DNA from: a virus
Lineage: Duplodnaviria > Caudoviricetes
IMG/VR virus record: IMGVR_UViG_3300027776_000009
Reading direction: 5' to 3' (one strand)
DNA length: 64,000 nt
Part shown: piece by piece, positions 46,738 through 56,240 of the stretch
Position numbering within the stretch: the first letter of the stretch is position 1
Layout: every line of letters begins with the position of its first letter
Made by a program: the position numbers and the translations under genes
Notes under the pieces: generated by a model
Databases searched by the model: none
Told to the model about the DNA's origin: nothing
Seen by the model: only the letters and a program-made list of their open reading frames with translations

Positions 46738-48726
46738 ATGCCATTTTCCCCTTTTGGATACCCCCTGGATTTGACAGGGGTAGCTCCCACAAACGCGATT
46801 GTGGGAGATGTCACCACGTTCACCTCACCCGAGACGCGTGCCTTTGTTCCCTCCGCCGGACCGTTCTATGTCTTCAACATGGTTCTGCGAAACAGCGTCA
46901 CCGGCATTATCTTAGCACCTAAGGTCGACTATTTGGTAGAGTACTTACTCCCCGAACCTAGTATGGCCTCAGGTAAGGAGGTCGGCGGTATTATCCGGGT
47001 CATTAATACAGACGTCCCTGGTGTTTCCATGGATTATCACGTCATCGGTGGGTCTTACGGTAATACCGTAACCATGTTACAGACCTACCTGGATGATAAC
47101 CCCATTCTTCCCATCAATCCTATCTGGGGGGAAATCCCTGACGCCCCTGTGCAATACCCGCCCGCGGCGCATCTCACTGACATGAAGACAGTGTTTGGAC
47201 TGGGTCCTCTGGTTAATGTCATTGAGGGGGTCCGGCAGGCACTGCTCAGCGGGGATCAAGCAGCATGGGGAGCGGTTTACAACTATCTGAACCTCAGGTT
47301 AACCGAGGAACATCTCTCCATATTGAGTGATGTAACAGCGCTTCAGCGCCCTGTCCCCATGGGTCCTGTAGCAGGTCAGGTACTGATGTCGCTTTCCCCG
47401 ACTCCTGCTACGTACGGCTGGGGGGATTACGTCCCCATTCCTCCGGGGTCGGCCAAGGTGCTTATCTCTACAGGTACCGCTCGCGGAGACTGGGTGTGGG
47501 GAGATCCGTCAGCGGCGTCACTTCCGACACCTCCGACCACCGGTCAGGTCCTGCGGTCCACGGGCAACATGCCGGGGGATTGGGATTGGTCACCGAGCGG
47601 AATCGAACCTCGGTTTGATGTCTTCATGTACGCGGTTGATGAAGACCATATTCGGATTGCGCCTCGTAACGGAGGTTACTTCTGGGTCAATGGGGTTAAC
47701 CGTCAATTGGTGAACCCTATTACCCTGACGCTAACACTCAGCACGGATATGGTGCTGTACTCGGTCTTCCTACAGTGGAACGGAACAGAACTGGTTCCTT
47801 ACGTTGTTAATGTGCTGAACGCTACGGATACCCCTCGTATGGGGCCTAATGGCGTTGTTTGCAGCTACGATACCAACATCGACGTGTATCACTACAACAC
47901 TGTCTTTGTAGGTCACTATATTCGCATGCCTAACTCGGTTGAGCTGACCTATCCTAATATGGGGAAGCTCTACGTCCGCAGTTATCACCACGACGCCGGC
48001 ACCACCGTTGCAGGTTCCATTCTGGAAGGAGCTACCCTGAAGCGCGGTCCACGACCGTTTTCACGCAATGGAACACGGCTCGATACCGCACTCTATCTGG
48101 GGGAGCGTTTGCAAGGTGTTGCAAACGGTGACTGGGGAGTAGGGTGGAACTACGGCGAAGTTCCCTATCTGGGTGATAACGGTAATTTAGGAAACCCGCC
48201 GTATGACGCGGGTCCTAGTACTGAAATGGTCCTCGGAACGATTGTCTGGCCCTTTGAACAGATCCGAGTGGCAGGGCATTTCAACTGCTACGCCTCTAAC
48301 GACGTGGACTCACTCATCGCCTTACGAACATGGGGGTTTGGTCACCACACCTCCGGCACCCCCACCATTGGATGGGCAACCATACTGGAACGCGCTGGGT
48401 TGGGTTGGGATGACTACGATGGCCACGGCTCACGGATTCATAAAGGATCTTTAGAAACCGTGTTCTGTACAGACATGGTGTATACGGACTCTGGTGAGGA
48501 CTATACCGCTAGGCACCATCTGGCGTCTTTCCGAATCTTTGACATGATCTGGAACGATAAGGTCTACATGCATGGTCAAGGTGATGCCGCATGGAGCGGG
48601 TCTGTTAAAGGCGCTGGTGCTTCACGACTCATTGTCCAACCCATCACACTGACACGCTGCCTCACAGAAACCACCTGGCCGGGCAACACTGGCTTGGGTC
48701 TTGAAATCGGACCCGCTTTCTATTAA
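46738..48726 (+). CDS. tail fibre-like virion protein, paralogue of the preceding gene
   Basis: N-terminal YPLDLTG..TN.I, P.AGPFY, YHVIGG and P.QYPP..H. Three GQVL...W repeats. Confidence 0.7.
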   Translation: MPFSPFGYPLDLTGVAPTNAIVGDVTTFTSPETRAFVPSAGPFYVFNMVLRNSVTGIILAPKVDYLVEYLLPEPSMASGKEVGGIIRVINTDVPGVSMDYHVIGGSYGNTVTMLQTYLDDNPILPINPIWGEIPDAPVQYPPAAHLTDMKTVFGLGPLVNVIEGVRQALLSGDQAAWGAVYNYLNLRLTEEHLSILSDVTALQRPVPMGPVAGQVLMSLSPTPATYGWGDYVPIPPGSAKVLISTGTARGDWVWGDPSAASLPTPPTTGQVLRSTGNMPGDWDWSPSGIEPRFDVFMYAVDEDHIRIAPRNGGYFWVNGVNRQLVNPITLTLTLSTDMVLYSVFLQWNGTELVPYVVNVLNATDTPRMGPNGVVCSYDTNIDVYHYNTVFVGHYIRMPNSVELTYPNMGKLYVRSYHHDAGTTVAGSILEGATLKRGPRPFSRNGTRLDTALYLGERLQGVANGDWGVGWNYGEVPYLGDNGNLGNPPYDAGPSTEMVLGTIVWPFEQIRVAGHFNCYASNDVDSLIALRTWGFGHHTSGTPTIGWATILERAGLGWDDYDGHGSRIHKGSLETVFCTDMVYTDSGEDYTARHHLASFRIFDMIWNDKVYMHGQGDAAWSGSVKGAGASRLIVQPITLTRCLTETTWPGNTGLGLEIGPAFY

Positions 48727-48732
48727 TCCACA

Positions 48733-48768
48733 CGGCATATAGGCGGGGTAATCCCCGCCTATATGCCC
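48733..48768. terminator. TATG-flanked hairpin between convergent genes
   Basis: GGCATATAGGCGGGG-TAAT-CCCCGCCTATATGCC, a perfect 15-bp stem. Confidence 0.75.
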
Positions 48769-49235
48769 TATACTCCAAAGTACTTCCGAATCATCTTTAG
48801 CACCAACTCCCAAATAGCGCCTAACCCATCCCACACGATTCCCTGATGATCGTTATGAATATCCGCGTAGGAGATAAACATGATCGTTCCGCCTAGGGCA
48901 AGTACCACGGAAACCAACGCGGTAATAAACCCAAAGGTTACGTAGGGAAGATCTGCTAGCTCTTCTTGCCGCTCATCGGATTGCCGATAGGTATCCAGAT
49001 ACTGGATAAACTCTTGGGTTTCCGGCGTTGAGAGAAGACGTTTCTTCAGCACCGTCTTACACACCTCTTCATCCAGGCAAGATAGCCAATCGCGGATATC
49101 TTCACCTGTCATACTCAGATGTATCGGGGGATTTAGCTTCAGTCCCTCGTTGAAGCGAGAGACCGCGTAATCTCCGTACTTGATATCGCCAATGCGAATG
49201 TCTTCTAAAATCATGGCAATGTTTAACAAGTTCAT
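48768..49235 (-). CDS. membrane protein
   Basis: 155 aa with a TM segment near the C-terminus. ATGA-coupled to ruvC. Confidence 0.7.
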   Translation of the reverse strand: MNLLNIAMILEDIRIGDIKYGDYAVSRFNEGLKLNPPIHLSMTGEDIRDWLSCLDEEVCKTVLKKRLLSTPETQEFIQYLDTYRQSDERQEELADLPYVTFGFITALVSVVLALGGTIMFISYADIHNDHQGIVWDGLGAIWELVLKMIRKYFGV

Positions 49236-49786
49236 GAGAGACGCCTCCTCAACATCTGAAACGTAGAGTATCCGATAGCGATAGCGTCTACGGCGTGTTC
49301 AGTGAGCTCCAGATAATTATCAGGAAGCAGAAGATCGGGAATACGCTGTAAAGCCGCACGAGTTAAATATTTATCGTTAGCCCCACCTTTTACCCCCACG
49401 TCGTTTTTAGCGACGGAAGGTTCGATAAGGTGTAGACGCTGGTGGTCATCATAGCGACGTAACGCGGTTCTTGTCGCACCAATGCAGAGCGTTAAGATCT
49501 CGTAGGGTTTGGGTTGTTGTTTGAAATACGCACTTTCGCAGCTTACTAACCCAGGTTTCCAAGCGTCAAAGAATCGATAGAGTGCGTCTTCTAACTCCCG
49601 CAAGCGCTCAACAGTCGGAGGTTCGTCTAAGTCCATACTCAGCGTGCGAGCACGGTGTATGCGATGCATCCTGAGTGTATACGCATCCAACACACGCATG
49701 GTGTCTAAACCCGTATTAAACTCGTATGCACATGCACCGCAAAAACGCGAGCCCGGATCGATGGACACTGCTCGCACGTAGCGCAT
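49232..49786 (-). CDS. ruvC: RuvC-like Holliday junction resolvase
   Basis: SIDPGS, VSCES, P...K..VG..G...K and HAVDAIAIG. Confidence 0.88.
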   Translation of the reverse strand: MRYVRAVSIDPGSRFCGACAYEFNTGLDTMRVLDAYTLRMHRIHRARTLSMDLDEPPTVERLRELEDALYRFFDAWKPGLVSCESAYFKQQPKPYEILTLCIGATRTALRRYDDHQRLHLIEPSVAKNDVGVKGGANDKYLTRAALQRIPDLLLPDNYLELTEHAVDAIAIGYSTFQMLRRRLS

Positions 49787-49787
49787 G

Positions 49788-50708
49788 TTAGATGCTCACG
49801 CCAAACAGCGGTTCAGAAGTCCCAACATCGATCGGAACACTGAGCCCACCCAGGAATGCTTGAAGCGGGTAAATCGTGGTAATGTGTGCTGCAATCTGTA
49901 CACCGGCGGCTTCGTAATACGTATCCGGAGTGACGGGGGTAGTCACCTGCGGAGCACCGATATCGTTGGGGTACTTATCTGTCACCGCTTTCTCAACCCC
50001 GGTGCAGAGTCCCATTTCGGAGATGACTGCGTAATTGGCGTCTCCGTAAAACAACGTCACAGCATCGATGATTGCTTGGACTTCAGCAGGGGTAAAGGAT
50101 ACGGTCATGACAGCAGAAACCCGCATGTAGCTACCGTCGTTAGTGGTTCCGATATCGGGCAATGCCGGACGACGGTCGTTTACAGTCGGTGCAAACGGCG
50201 TAGTAACAGAAACTCCACCCGTGACCGTTGTCAGTGTGGTTTCTACAGCGATGGTGCCTGTATCGATGACTCGACCGAAATAGACGGCGTATAGTACACC
50301 GTCCCGATACAAGGTCTTCCGCAGACGGTACTTTTCCCGTTCCAAAGAGGTGAGATCCGAAGTTACCGGCCGGGCAATAAACGGAATCATCCCATAGAGA
50401 CCAGAATGCCTGGCTTTATGCGGCAAGGTATCCTGAGTGGGGGGTGAACCCACGGGTCCTGTAACGTTGTAGTGCGCTTTGTTACCAATAACCAGATAAC
50501 GGGTTGTCAGAAACTGGGTGTCGTCAGCGGGATTGTAATCCGCAAAGACTTCCATTCCAGCGGTGACTGGTGAAGGTTGGTACGGAACCGCCAGAGGGTC
50601 GTTCAACGCTTCTGCTACCGAAGCATTCGTGGGGATGTCGTGATTCAGTTTCAGCAGCAGTGCGGTTTGCACTTGGCTTCCGTAGACGGAACGGGTAATG
50701 GTTTGCAT
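49788..50708 (-). CDS. virion structural protein (baseplate, phiKZ gp139-like)
   Basis: 306 aa. YLVIGN, H......LY..IPF..R....DL...ER.KYRLR and AVISE.GLC.G. Confidence 0.65.
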   Translation of the reverse strand: MQTITRSVYGSQVQTALLLKLNHDIPTNASVAEALNDPLAVPYQPSPVTAGMEVFADYNPADDTQFLTTRYLVIGNKAHYNVTGPVGSPPTQDTLPHKARHSGLYGMIPFIARPVTSDLTSLEREKYRLRKTLYRDGVLYAVYFGRVIDTGTIAVETTLTTVTGGVSVTTPFAPTVNDRRPALPDIGTTNDGSYMRVSAVMTVSFTPAEVQAIIDAVTLFYGDANYAVISEMGLCTGVEKAVTDKYPNDIGAPQVTTPVTPDTYYEAAGVQIAAHITTIYPLQAFLGGLSVPIDVGTSEPLFGVSI

Positions 50709-50808
50709 AATGAATCCTACAAAGCAGGTGATGGGCTACAAAGAATTACGGCTGCATAGTAATTTCTGACAGCATGGAGCTACCCATGCTGTCAGAAAGA
50801 CTCGCGTG

Positions 50809-51063
50809 TTACGGTTTACTTTCGTCGGGGACAGGTTCATCTTTCGCAACGACAGCATTACCTTGCTGGATAATGCGCCCCACGAGAATTGCCAGACCGA
50901 TGTACTTGACCCAGCCTTCCGGCAGATACGCCTGAACAACCGGGAGGTTTTCTTCCAGCACCTGAAGCACAATCATGATCGTGGTCAGTTGCACGCTGAA
51001 ATACTTCCAGCTTTGTTTCCAGTCAGAGACCAGTTGAAAAGCGGGAGGAGTTACCTTAGCCAT
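50809..51063 (-). CDS. putative holin
   Basis: 84 aa from MAKVT (GAGGT Shine-Dalgarno). LV.DWK..WK..SVQ start, two TM segments, RII.Q. Immediately downstream of the endolysin. Confidence 0.65.
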   Translation of the reverse strand: MAKVTPPAFQLVSDWKQSWKYFSVQLTTIMIVLQVLEENLPVVQAYLPEGWVKYIGLAILVGRIIQQGNAVVAKDEPVPDESKP

Positions 51064-51073
51064 AATAACCTCT

Positions 51074-51496
51074 TCAGATAGGAATGGTCTTGAGTTGAAA
51101 GTGCATGCCGTCGGGTTTGCTCCAGACACCGCCCCAATCGAAACCTGCGTCCGTGAAACACTTCACAAACCCCGGAGAGAGCGTAGGTGACTTACCGAAG
51201 CCGTTCCATGCCGCGTTGACGTCAATAGCAACCCCCCAAGAATGGAGAGACGGACTGGCTCCTCCGCGTTTCTTGCGGATATTGAAGCAACCATCCCACG
51301 TACGCAATTCCTTGACAAAACCCGTCCGGATAAGGTTACGAAACGCCTGCTCCAGCGGCTTCACCATATCCCGGTTGCAGTACACGCGCTTGGGGATCAC
51401 ACCGATTTCCAATTCCGTGGGGACATCCCAAACCGTCATGAACTTCTCGGTTTCGGGGGATCCGTACTTCTTTTGACACTGAGCTGATGTCAGCAT
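51074..51496 (-). CDS. endolysin, M15-family zinc peptidase
   Basis: FN.R...G...SLHSWGVAIDVN, F.WGG.W and DGMHFQ zinc-binding motifs. Confidence 0.88.
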   Translation of the reverse strand: MLTSAQCQKKYGSPETEKFMTVWDVPTELEIGVIPKRVYCNRDMVKPLEQAFRNLIRTGFVKELRTWDGCFNIRKKRGGASPSLHSWGVAIDVNAAWNGFGKSPTLSPGFVKCFTDAGFDWGGVWSKPDGMHFQLKTIPI

Positions 51497-51511
51497 GATA
51501 AACTCCGTAGG

Positions 51512-54500
51512 TTAAGGAAGTTGACGAACAGCCAACCTGAAATTGGACAGGGTTAACACCCCGGTGATTTCAACGATAGTCCCTTGAACATTGAATTGAT
51601 CATTGGGGTCCAGCGTAACGTAACGCGAGAAACTGACTGGGTATTTCGCGAGCGTATCGGCGCAGTACACCGAGATATCAAACACCTGATCGCCCCCAAA
51701 GTCCAAATGAATAATCCCGGTAGCAACCCCTGCGGGGATACTCACCTCGGCGTATAAGGACACCTCGTAGCGCCGCCGGAAAATCTCCATGGTGTTTGAA
51801 CGAATGTACGTTCCTGCCCGGGTAAAGCCCTTCCCGTGAGTTTGTGCGGACGCTGACGTCATGTCTACCAGTGTGTTCGCCGTGCTTATCGTCACCGTGA
51901 CATCATTGACATCGTGATACTCCGTCAAGAAGCACTCATTCTCAACATCGACCGAGTGATCACCCAGATGATCGTAGGCAGCCCCAGCAATGCTGAACAT
52001 CTTAGCGGGTAGGGGGCTATATGCATCACCGGGGTAGACAGACACATTCCGCAGCCGGAGTTTTCGTGCAGGGATATTATCATTGGAGGTGTAGATGGCG
52101 TCAAAATCAATGACTCCAGCGGGAGGAGAAACTCCGGTGTACCGCACATCCATATTGGATAAAGTTAACCGCCCATCGGAATCATTCATGTAAACTGACA
52201 TGAACGCGGTATCGTTCGCGGTCCCCTGCACCCCATCGACGATAACATCACCGTAGGACGTCATGCGTATTGGGTTCGTAATCGTGTTACAGACAATATT
52301 CTTGGCAATAATGCCTGCACCACCGGCTAAGTCCAAGGGATCCGTGGTGTCAAACACGAGGTTCTCAAGTCGCGTATATGCTTGAGACCCCGTGTTAATA
52401 ACCGCCGGAGAGCTCCCGTCGGCAGAAAGAGTCAGGTCACGAAGAGTCAGTATTGCGCCCAACGGGGTTGATATGATGGTGCCCGAGGTGCTTCGAATAA
52501 CCGCATTTGGAAGCCCCATGATTTCCACCCGCTGACCAGATACAGAGTTGCACCGAAGCATCTCGATACCTAGATTGACATCGCCAACAACCAAATACTT
52601 ACCCGGCTCAACCAACCACGTGTTTGTGTCGACCAGATTGGTCGAGAAATCACCCAACCGCCTCACCAATTTTACATTTGGGTAAAGGCGTTTCAGGGCG
52701 CCGTATAACGGGTTCAGTTGGACGTAATTCTGATAACCCGCACTGACGGCTCCGCTGGAGTCGTACTTTACGTTAGCCAAATCTTCGTAGTAGTTGACTT
52801 CAATACACGGAAGACTTGGATCGGTTCTTGGTAACAGCAACCCACTCGGATTTCCAGCCCCTAACTCGATTGCTGAGTTATCAGCAATATCAATAACGAC
52901 GGCTGACGTCATGGGGTCCAAAGAATTTCTCTGGAACTCCGCCACAATGTAGTTGTCATGCCCTATGCGTATTCGTCCGCCAGTGTCCGCGTTGACGCCA
53001 TTATTGAAGAAAATGGAGCAGTTTTCGTGTACTCGCAAGCAGTCGCTTACAACATCACCTCCAGCCCAGGCTGCGGTCACTGTCGCCCCTATGTTTACCA
53101 TGGGTGAAAAGGCATCAGCATTGTATCGCAGTTCGCCAACAAAGGAATCCAGCATCAAGCCATCTACCTTGCAATCGAACCAGAAATGCGACAGCCCAAC
53201 CCCCCATTGAAAACTGCTGTGGGGGGTAACTGGGTGCGTGTAGGCGCGATATGTGGACAAAGTAATGTTGTTGGCAAACAACGCGTAAACCTTGTTGGGC
53301 GTTATATAACCAAGGTTGGCACGAGTCAGCGATAGTTCCCCATACTGACCGGTAAAACCGCGATCATCAAGAACCAGTCTCTTCTTAAGAGAGGGGGGTA
53401 ATGTGATCAGGTACTCATACGCTGCATCGAATGTCGCAAAAGAAGCGGAGGCCGGAAGAGCTTGCTGAGGACTAACGGTGTGACAATACACCACGACTTC
53501 GCTCGTGCTTTGCTGTGCACGTTGTGCAAGAGTGGTTACGCCGGCGATGGCTGCGTTCAGGTTCTGCTCTATGGTTTGCTGACTGCTTAGCAATTCCGCA
53601 GATACAGCATCCTCGTCCATGTACAGCGTAAATGAAGGAGTACCCGTCACGCTGTCAATATAGACAATTGCACTATCCCCTACCGTGTGCCCATAAGGCA
53701 TTGGTAAGATCAGTGGCGTAAAGAGAGGGTCCAGCCACGTTTTCAGCAGCATTCCTTGGGCGACATTAGGTGGGAAAACCGCGTGGGTAACAATATCAAC
53801 CGCTGGCTGAATCGGCTGCCCTGGAAAGTAGTTATCCCAGTTTGGCTGAGTCAACCCTGCGGTTCCCGCAGTTGTGCCAGAAACCGCATAGCTAGGCGCG
53901 TCAAGCGTCAGCCGCGGAGTTATCCCGATAGGCTCGTACCCGTTTCCAACATCTAGCGTAACTACGACGTAGAACACTGCCAGCTCTGGATTAACGGGTC
54001 CGTCCGTATAGATGTTCGTGGTAACAATATCGTGCTGGGTGTTATCGGGTGACACGCTGACTGCTGCGAACGAGAGCTCGTTTGTCGTACGACCCACAAC
54101 AAGCAGTGTCTTACGCCCCAACTCAACTGCCAGATTCTGCGTACTGATGTTGTGATAAATCTGCGATCCACCACCCGGATAAGGGAAGGAGTTGTCAGCA
54201 ATCGAAGTATCAAGCGTTGTCTGTTGGTTTTGTCCGAATGCAGTATCAGTAATGAGTGCCGATATACCCCCAACCCCTGCTCCCGTGTAAGCATCGCGTA
54301 ATGCAGTAGCGGAGTATGACGCTGGAGCAAGCATCATACCGACTTGATAGACTGCGCCGTTTGGTGCTGTGGTAATCTCCCATCCAAAACGAAATGTTTT
54401 GGATGCAGTAATGAAATCTGTAACAAGATCTGTTTTGACAACCCCGAAACCGGCTGATCCATACCCCAGGGACGGTTCGGCTCCGGTCACATCAAACACG

Positions 54501-54784
54501 AACTCACCAGTCTGGCCGTCAACAATAATATCGACGCTATCAATGACAGATGCTGTTAAAATCGTTGTGTTAATAGTGGGAGTAATGTCCCACAGAGGAA
54601 TGGTCTGACTACCTCCTCCTCCTCCTCCGGTGCCTAACTCAACAATACTTTCAACACCGTTGTCCTTCTTGATAAACATTTTACCATCATAGGTATTGAT
54701 GGCTACTTCACCCAAGGCAATATCCCCAACGGTGGGAATTTTTCCGGGGACTGAACTACGCTTTAAACGAACGGGGGTTGCCAT
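51512..54784 (-). CDS. large fibre/receptor-binding protein with beta-helix-like C-terminal half
   Basis: N-terminal VRLKRSSVPGKIP....LGEVAINTYDGKMF fibre-joint domain, Gly linker, beta-rich repeats (LTLRDLTL, TRLENLVF, LTLSNMDV, LRLRNVSV). Confidence 0.75.
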   Translation of the reverse strand: MATPVRLKRSSVPGKIPTVGDIALGEVAINTYDGKMFIKKDNGVESIVELGTGGGGGGSQTIPLWDITPTINTTILTASVIDSVDIIVDGQTGEFVFDVTGAEPSLGYGSAGFGVVKTDLVTDFITASKTFRFGWEITTAPNGAVYQVGMMLAPASYSATALRDAYTGAGVGGISALITDTAFGQNQQTTLDTSIADNSFPYPGGGSQIYHNISTQNLAVELGRKTLLVVGRTTNELSFAAVSVSPDNTQHDIVTTNIYTDGPVNPELAVFYVVVTLDVGNGYEPIGITPRLTLDAPSYAVSGTTAGTAGLTQPNWDNYFPGQPIQPAVDIVTHAVFPPNVAQGMLLKTWLDPLFTPLILPMPYGHTVGDSAIVYIDSVTGTPSFTLYMDEDAVSAELLSSQQTIEQNLNAAIAGVTTLAQRAQQSTSEVVVYCHTVSPQQALPASASFATFDAAYEYLITLPPSLKKRLVLDDRGFTGQYGELSLTRANLGYITPNKVYALFANNITLSTYRAYTHPVTPHSSFQWGVGLSHFWFDCKVDGLMLDSFVGELRYNADAFSPMVNIGATVTAAWAGGDVVSDCLRVHENCSIFFNNGVNADTGGRIRIGHDNYIVAEFQRNSLDPMTSAVVIDIADNSAIELGAGNPSGLLLPRTDPSLPCIEVNYYEDLANVKYDSSGAVSAGYQNYVQLNPLYGALKRLYPNVKLVRRLGDFSTNLVDTNTWLVEPGKYLVVGDVNLGIEMLRCNSVSGQRVEIMGLPNAVIRSTSGTIISTPLGAILTLRDLTLSADGSSPAVINTGSQAYTRLENLVFDTTDPLDLAGGAGIIAKNIVCNTITNPIRMTSYGDVIVDGVQGTANDTAFMSVYMNDSDGRLTLSNMDVRYTGVSPPAGVIDFDAIYTSNDNIPARKLRLRNVSVYPGDAYSPLPAKMFSIAGAAYDHLGDHSVDVENECFLTEYHDVNDVTVTISTANTLVDMTSASAQTHGKGFTRAGTYIRSNTMEIFRRRYEVSLYAEVSIPAGVATGIIHLDFGGDQVFDISVYCADTLAKYPVSFSRYVTLDPNDQFNVQGTIVEITGVLTLSNFRLAVRQLP

Positions 54785-54805
54785 ATGGCTGACTCCTGGC
54801 TATTT

Positions 54806-54848
54806 AGCCGTCAAAAAATCCAGAGGGTGGCTGGGCCACCCTCTGGAC
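54806..54848 (-). terminator. intrinsic terminator inside the fibre operon
   Basis: TCCAGAGGGTGGC-CCA-GCCACCCTCTGGA (13 bp) followed by TTTTTTG on the minus strand. Confidence 0.8.
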
Positions 54849-54860
54849 ACGTGTAAAGGG

Positions 54861-55838
54861 TCAGAAAGAACCGCCGTCGATAGCACCATTAATCCAATCA
54901 GTTCCGTCAAACATCAACACCTCACCAGTAGCGGGAGTATTGATGACAACATCGTCAAGATCGTCAATGACTACAGTCTGGCCTTCCCAGAAGCCGTCTC
55001 CGGAATACCGGAGGAATTGACCGGTAGTGCCGGGAATCGTTTCCCCAGGATCAACGTTTTCCCAAGAGGAAATGGTGGAGTTCCACCGCAACAAATGGTT
55101 ATTACCGATAGCCGTAAGACTCACGTTGGAAAGATTTTCCAACGGAGTAGCCACGATCAGCGCGTTAACATCGTCTGTAAAACCGGCGATCGCATTGGTA
55201 TCCAGCGGGATATTGGTCCAATTGGTACCGTCAAAACTGAGGACGTCACCCGCGATCGCCCCAGTGATAACACCGAGGTCACTGATAGCCGCCGGAACGT
55301 TAAGAACCCCCGACCAATCCACAGAACTCGCAGTCCCCGCGGTGTACTCCACGTAACCATCCGCTTGGTCCAGTTTGGTGTCATCCACCACGAAATAAAG
55401 AAGACCAGTGGCAGTTTCTTTGACAGTATCGCCAACCTGAACTTCGGCGGTAGTCAGTGCGTAACGGGCCGCGGTGTTAACCACCGGCACCAGTCGCTCA
55501 ATGGCGGCCGCAGGCAGGCGCGCAATGTTCAGCGTACCACTGGTGATGTTGGATGCGTTGGTTGTGTCGACGTTCTGAACGTTGCCCAAGCTGATGGTCG
55601 ATTTGGTAATAACGACAGCGCCTGTTTCGCCGTTGACGCTGTCCACCGTGTTGACCTGGGCGCCATCGGCGATTCCCGCCAGTTTATCGTGGTCGGCCTT
55701 ACCGCCGATACCGTAGACGTTGCTGCCGTTACCAATAAAGAGTGTGCCGCTGGCGTGGCTATAAGCCAGCTCGCCGTCTTGCAGGGTAGCGGGGGCGGCG
55801 GTGACGGCGCTGCGTTTGATGCGAATAACGTTGGACAT
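54861..55838 (-). CDS. fibre subunit with N-terminal KRS joint domain and C-terminal DGGSF
   Basis: IRIKRS....P..L.DGELAY....LFIG; V.SVNG.TG.V; SLGNVQNVD; four L.DL.DV....G.VL.(F/W)DG..W.N-type repeats; ends IDGGSF. Confidence 0.8.
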   Translation of the reverse strand: MSNVIRIKRSAVTAAPATLQDGELAYSHASGTLFIGNGSNVYGIGGKADHDKLAGIADGAQVNTVDSVNGETGAVVITKSTISLGNVQNVDTTNASNITSGTLNIARLPAAAIERLVPVVNTAARYALTTAEVQVGDTVKETATGLLYFVVDDTKLDQADGYVEYTAGTASSVDWSGVLNVPAAISDLGVITGAIAGDVLSFDGTNWTNIPLDTNAIAGFTDDVNALIVATPLENLSNVSLTAIGNNHLLRWNSTISSWENVDPGETIPGTTGQFLRYSGDGFWEGQTVVIDDLDDVVINTPATGEVLMFDGTDWINGAIDGGSF

Positions 55839-55879
55839 GATGGTGCCTTTTAAGGAAACGTTGGGGTGATGAAAGGTGT

Positions 55880-56239
55880 TTAGTAGGTTCCGCCGTCAAG
55901 ATCTTGATTACCGTAGTATTTCCAAAGACCGGCGAAATCGTCAACAGATGGAGCGGGGATAGCCGTGGGTGAACCTAAAATCGCCAGCCAGTTTTTCTGG
56001 GGGTCGAAGGTCGTGGTGAAGCCGGTGCCGACGGCGTCGTCGGCATACCCAATGTAAATGAAGGTATTGACAGATGCAAGGACCGTTCCACGGAGCTCCT
56101 CGATATCGATTCGATAAACTCCAGCGTCAGAACCCACTGGTCGTTGAACAAATACCAGATCCGTATCTATCAACCCTCCTGGTAATGGACTGAGTTGTTT
56201 GACGTCCTTGGTATTGGCCAAGGGTATGGTGTATGACAT
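55880..56239 (-). CDS. small fibre adaptor ending in DGGTY
   Basis: 119 aa with YI.YADD..G..F motif; C-terminus LDGGTY. Confidence 0.75.
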   Translation of the reverse strand: MSYTIPLANTKDVKQLSPLPGGLIDTDLVFVQRPVGSDAGVYRIDIEELRGTVLASVNTFIYIGYADDAVGTGFTTTFDPQKNWLAILGSPTAIPAPSVDDFAGLWKYYGNQDLDGGTY

Positions 56240-56240
56240 A

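Noticed and set aside
54610-54630. (CCT)n simple repeat as a phase-variation tract
   Set aside because: It is a triplet repeat encoding an in-frame Gly linker, so slippage would not shift the frame.
51512-55838. Diversity-generating retroelement suggested by Mtd-like N-terminal fibre domains
   Set aside because: No reverse transcriptase in the window, and I saw no TR/VR near-duplicate pair differing at adenines.
54696-55853. 385-aa plus-strand ORF
   Set aside because: Antisense shadow of the 325-aa fibre gene. Biased codon use suppresses stops on the opposite strand, and there is no recognisable motif or Shine-Dalgarno.
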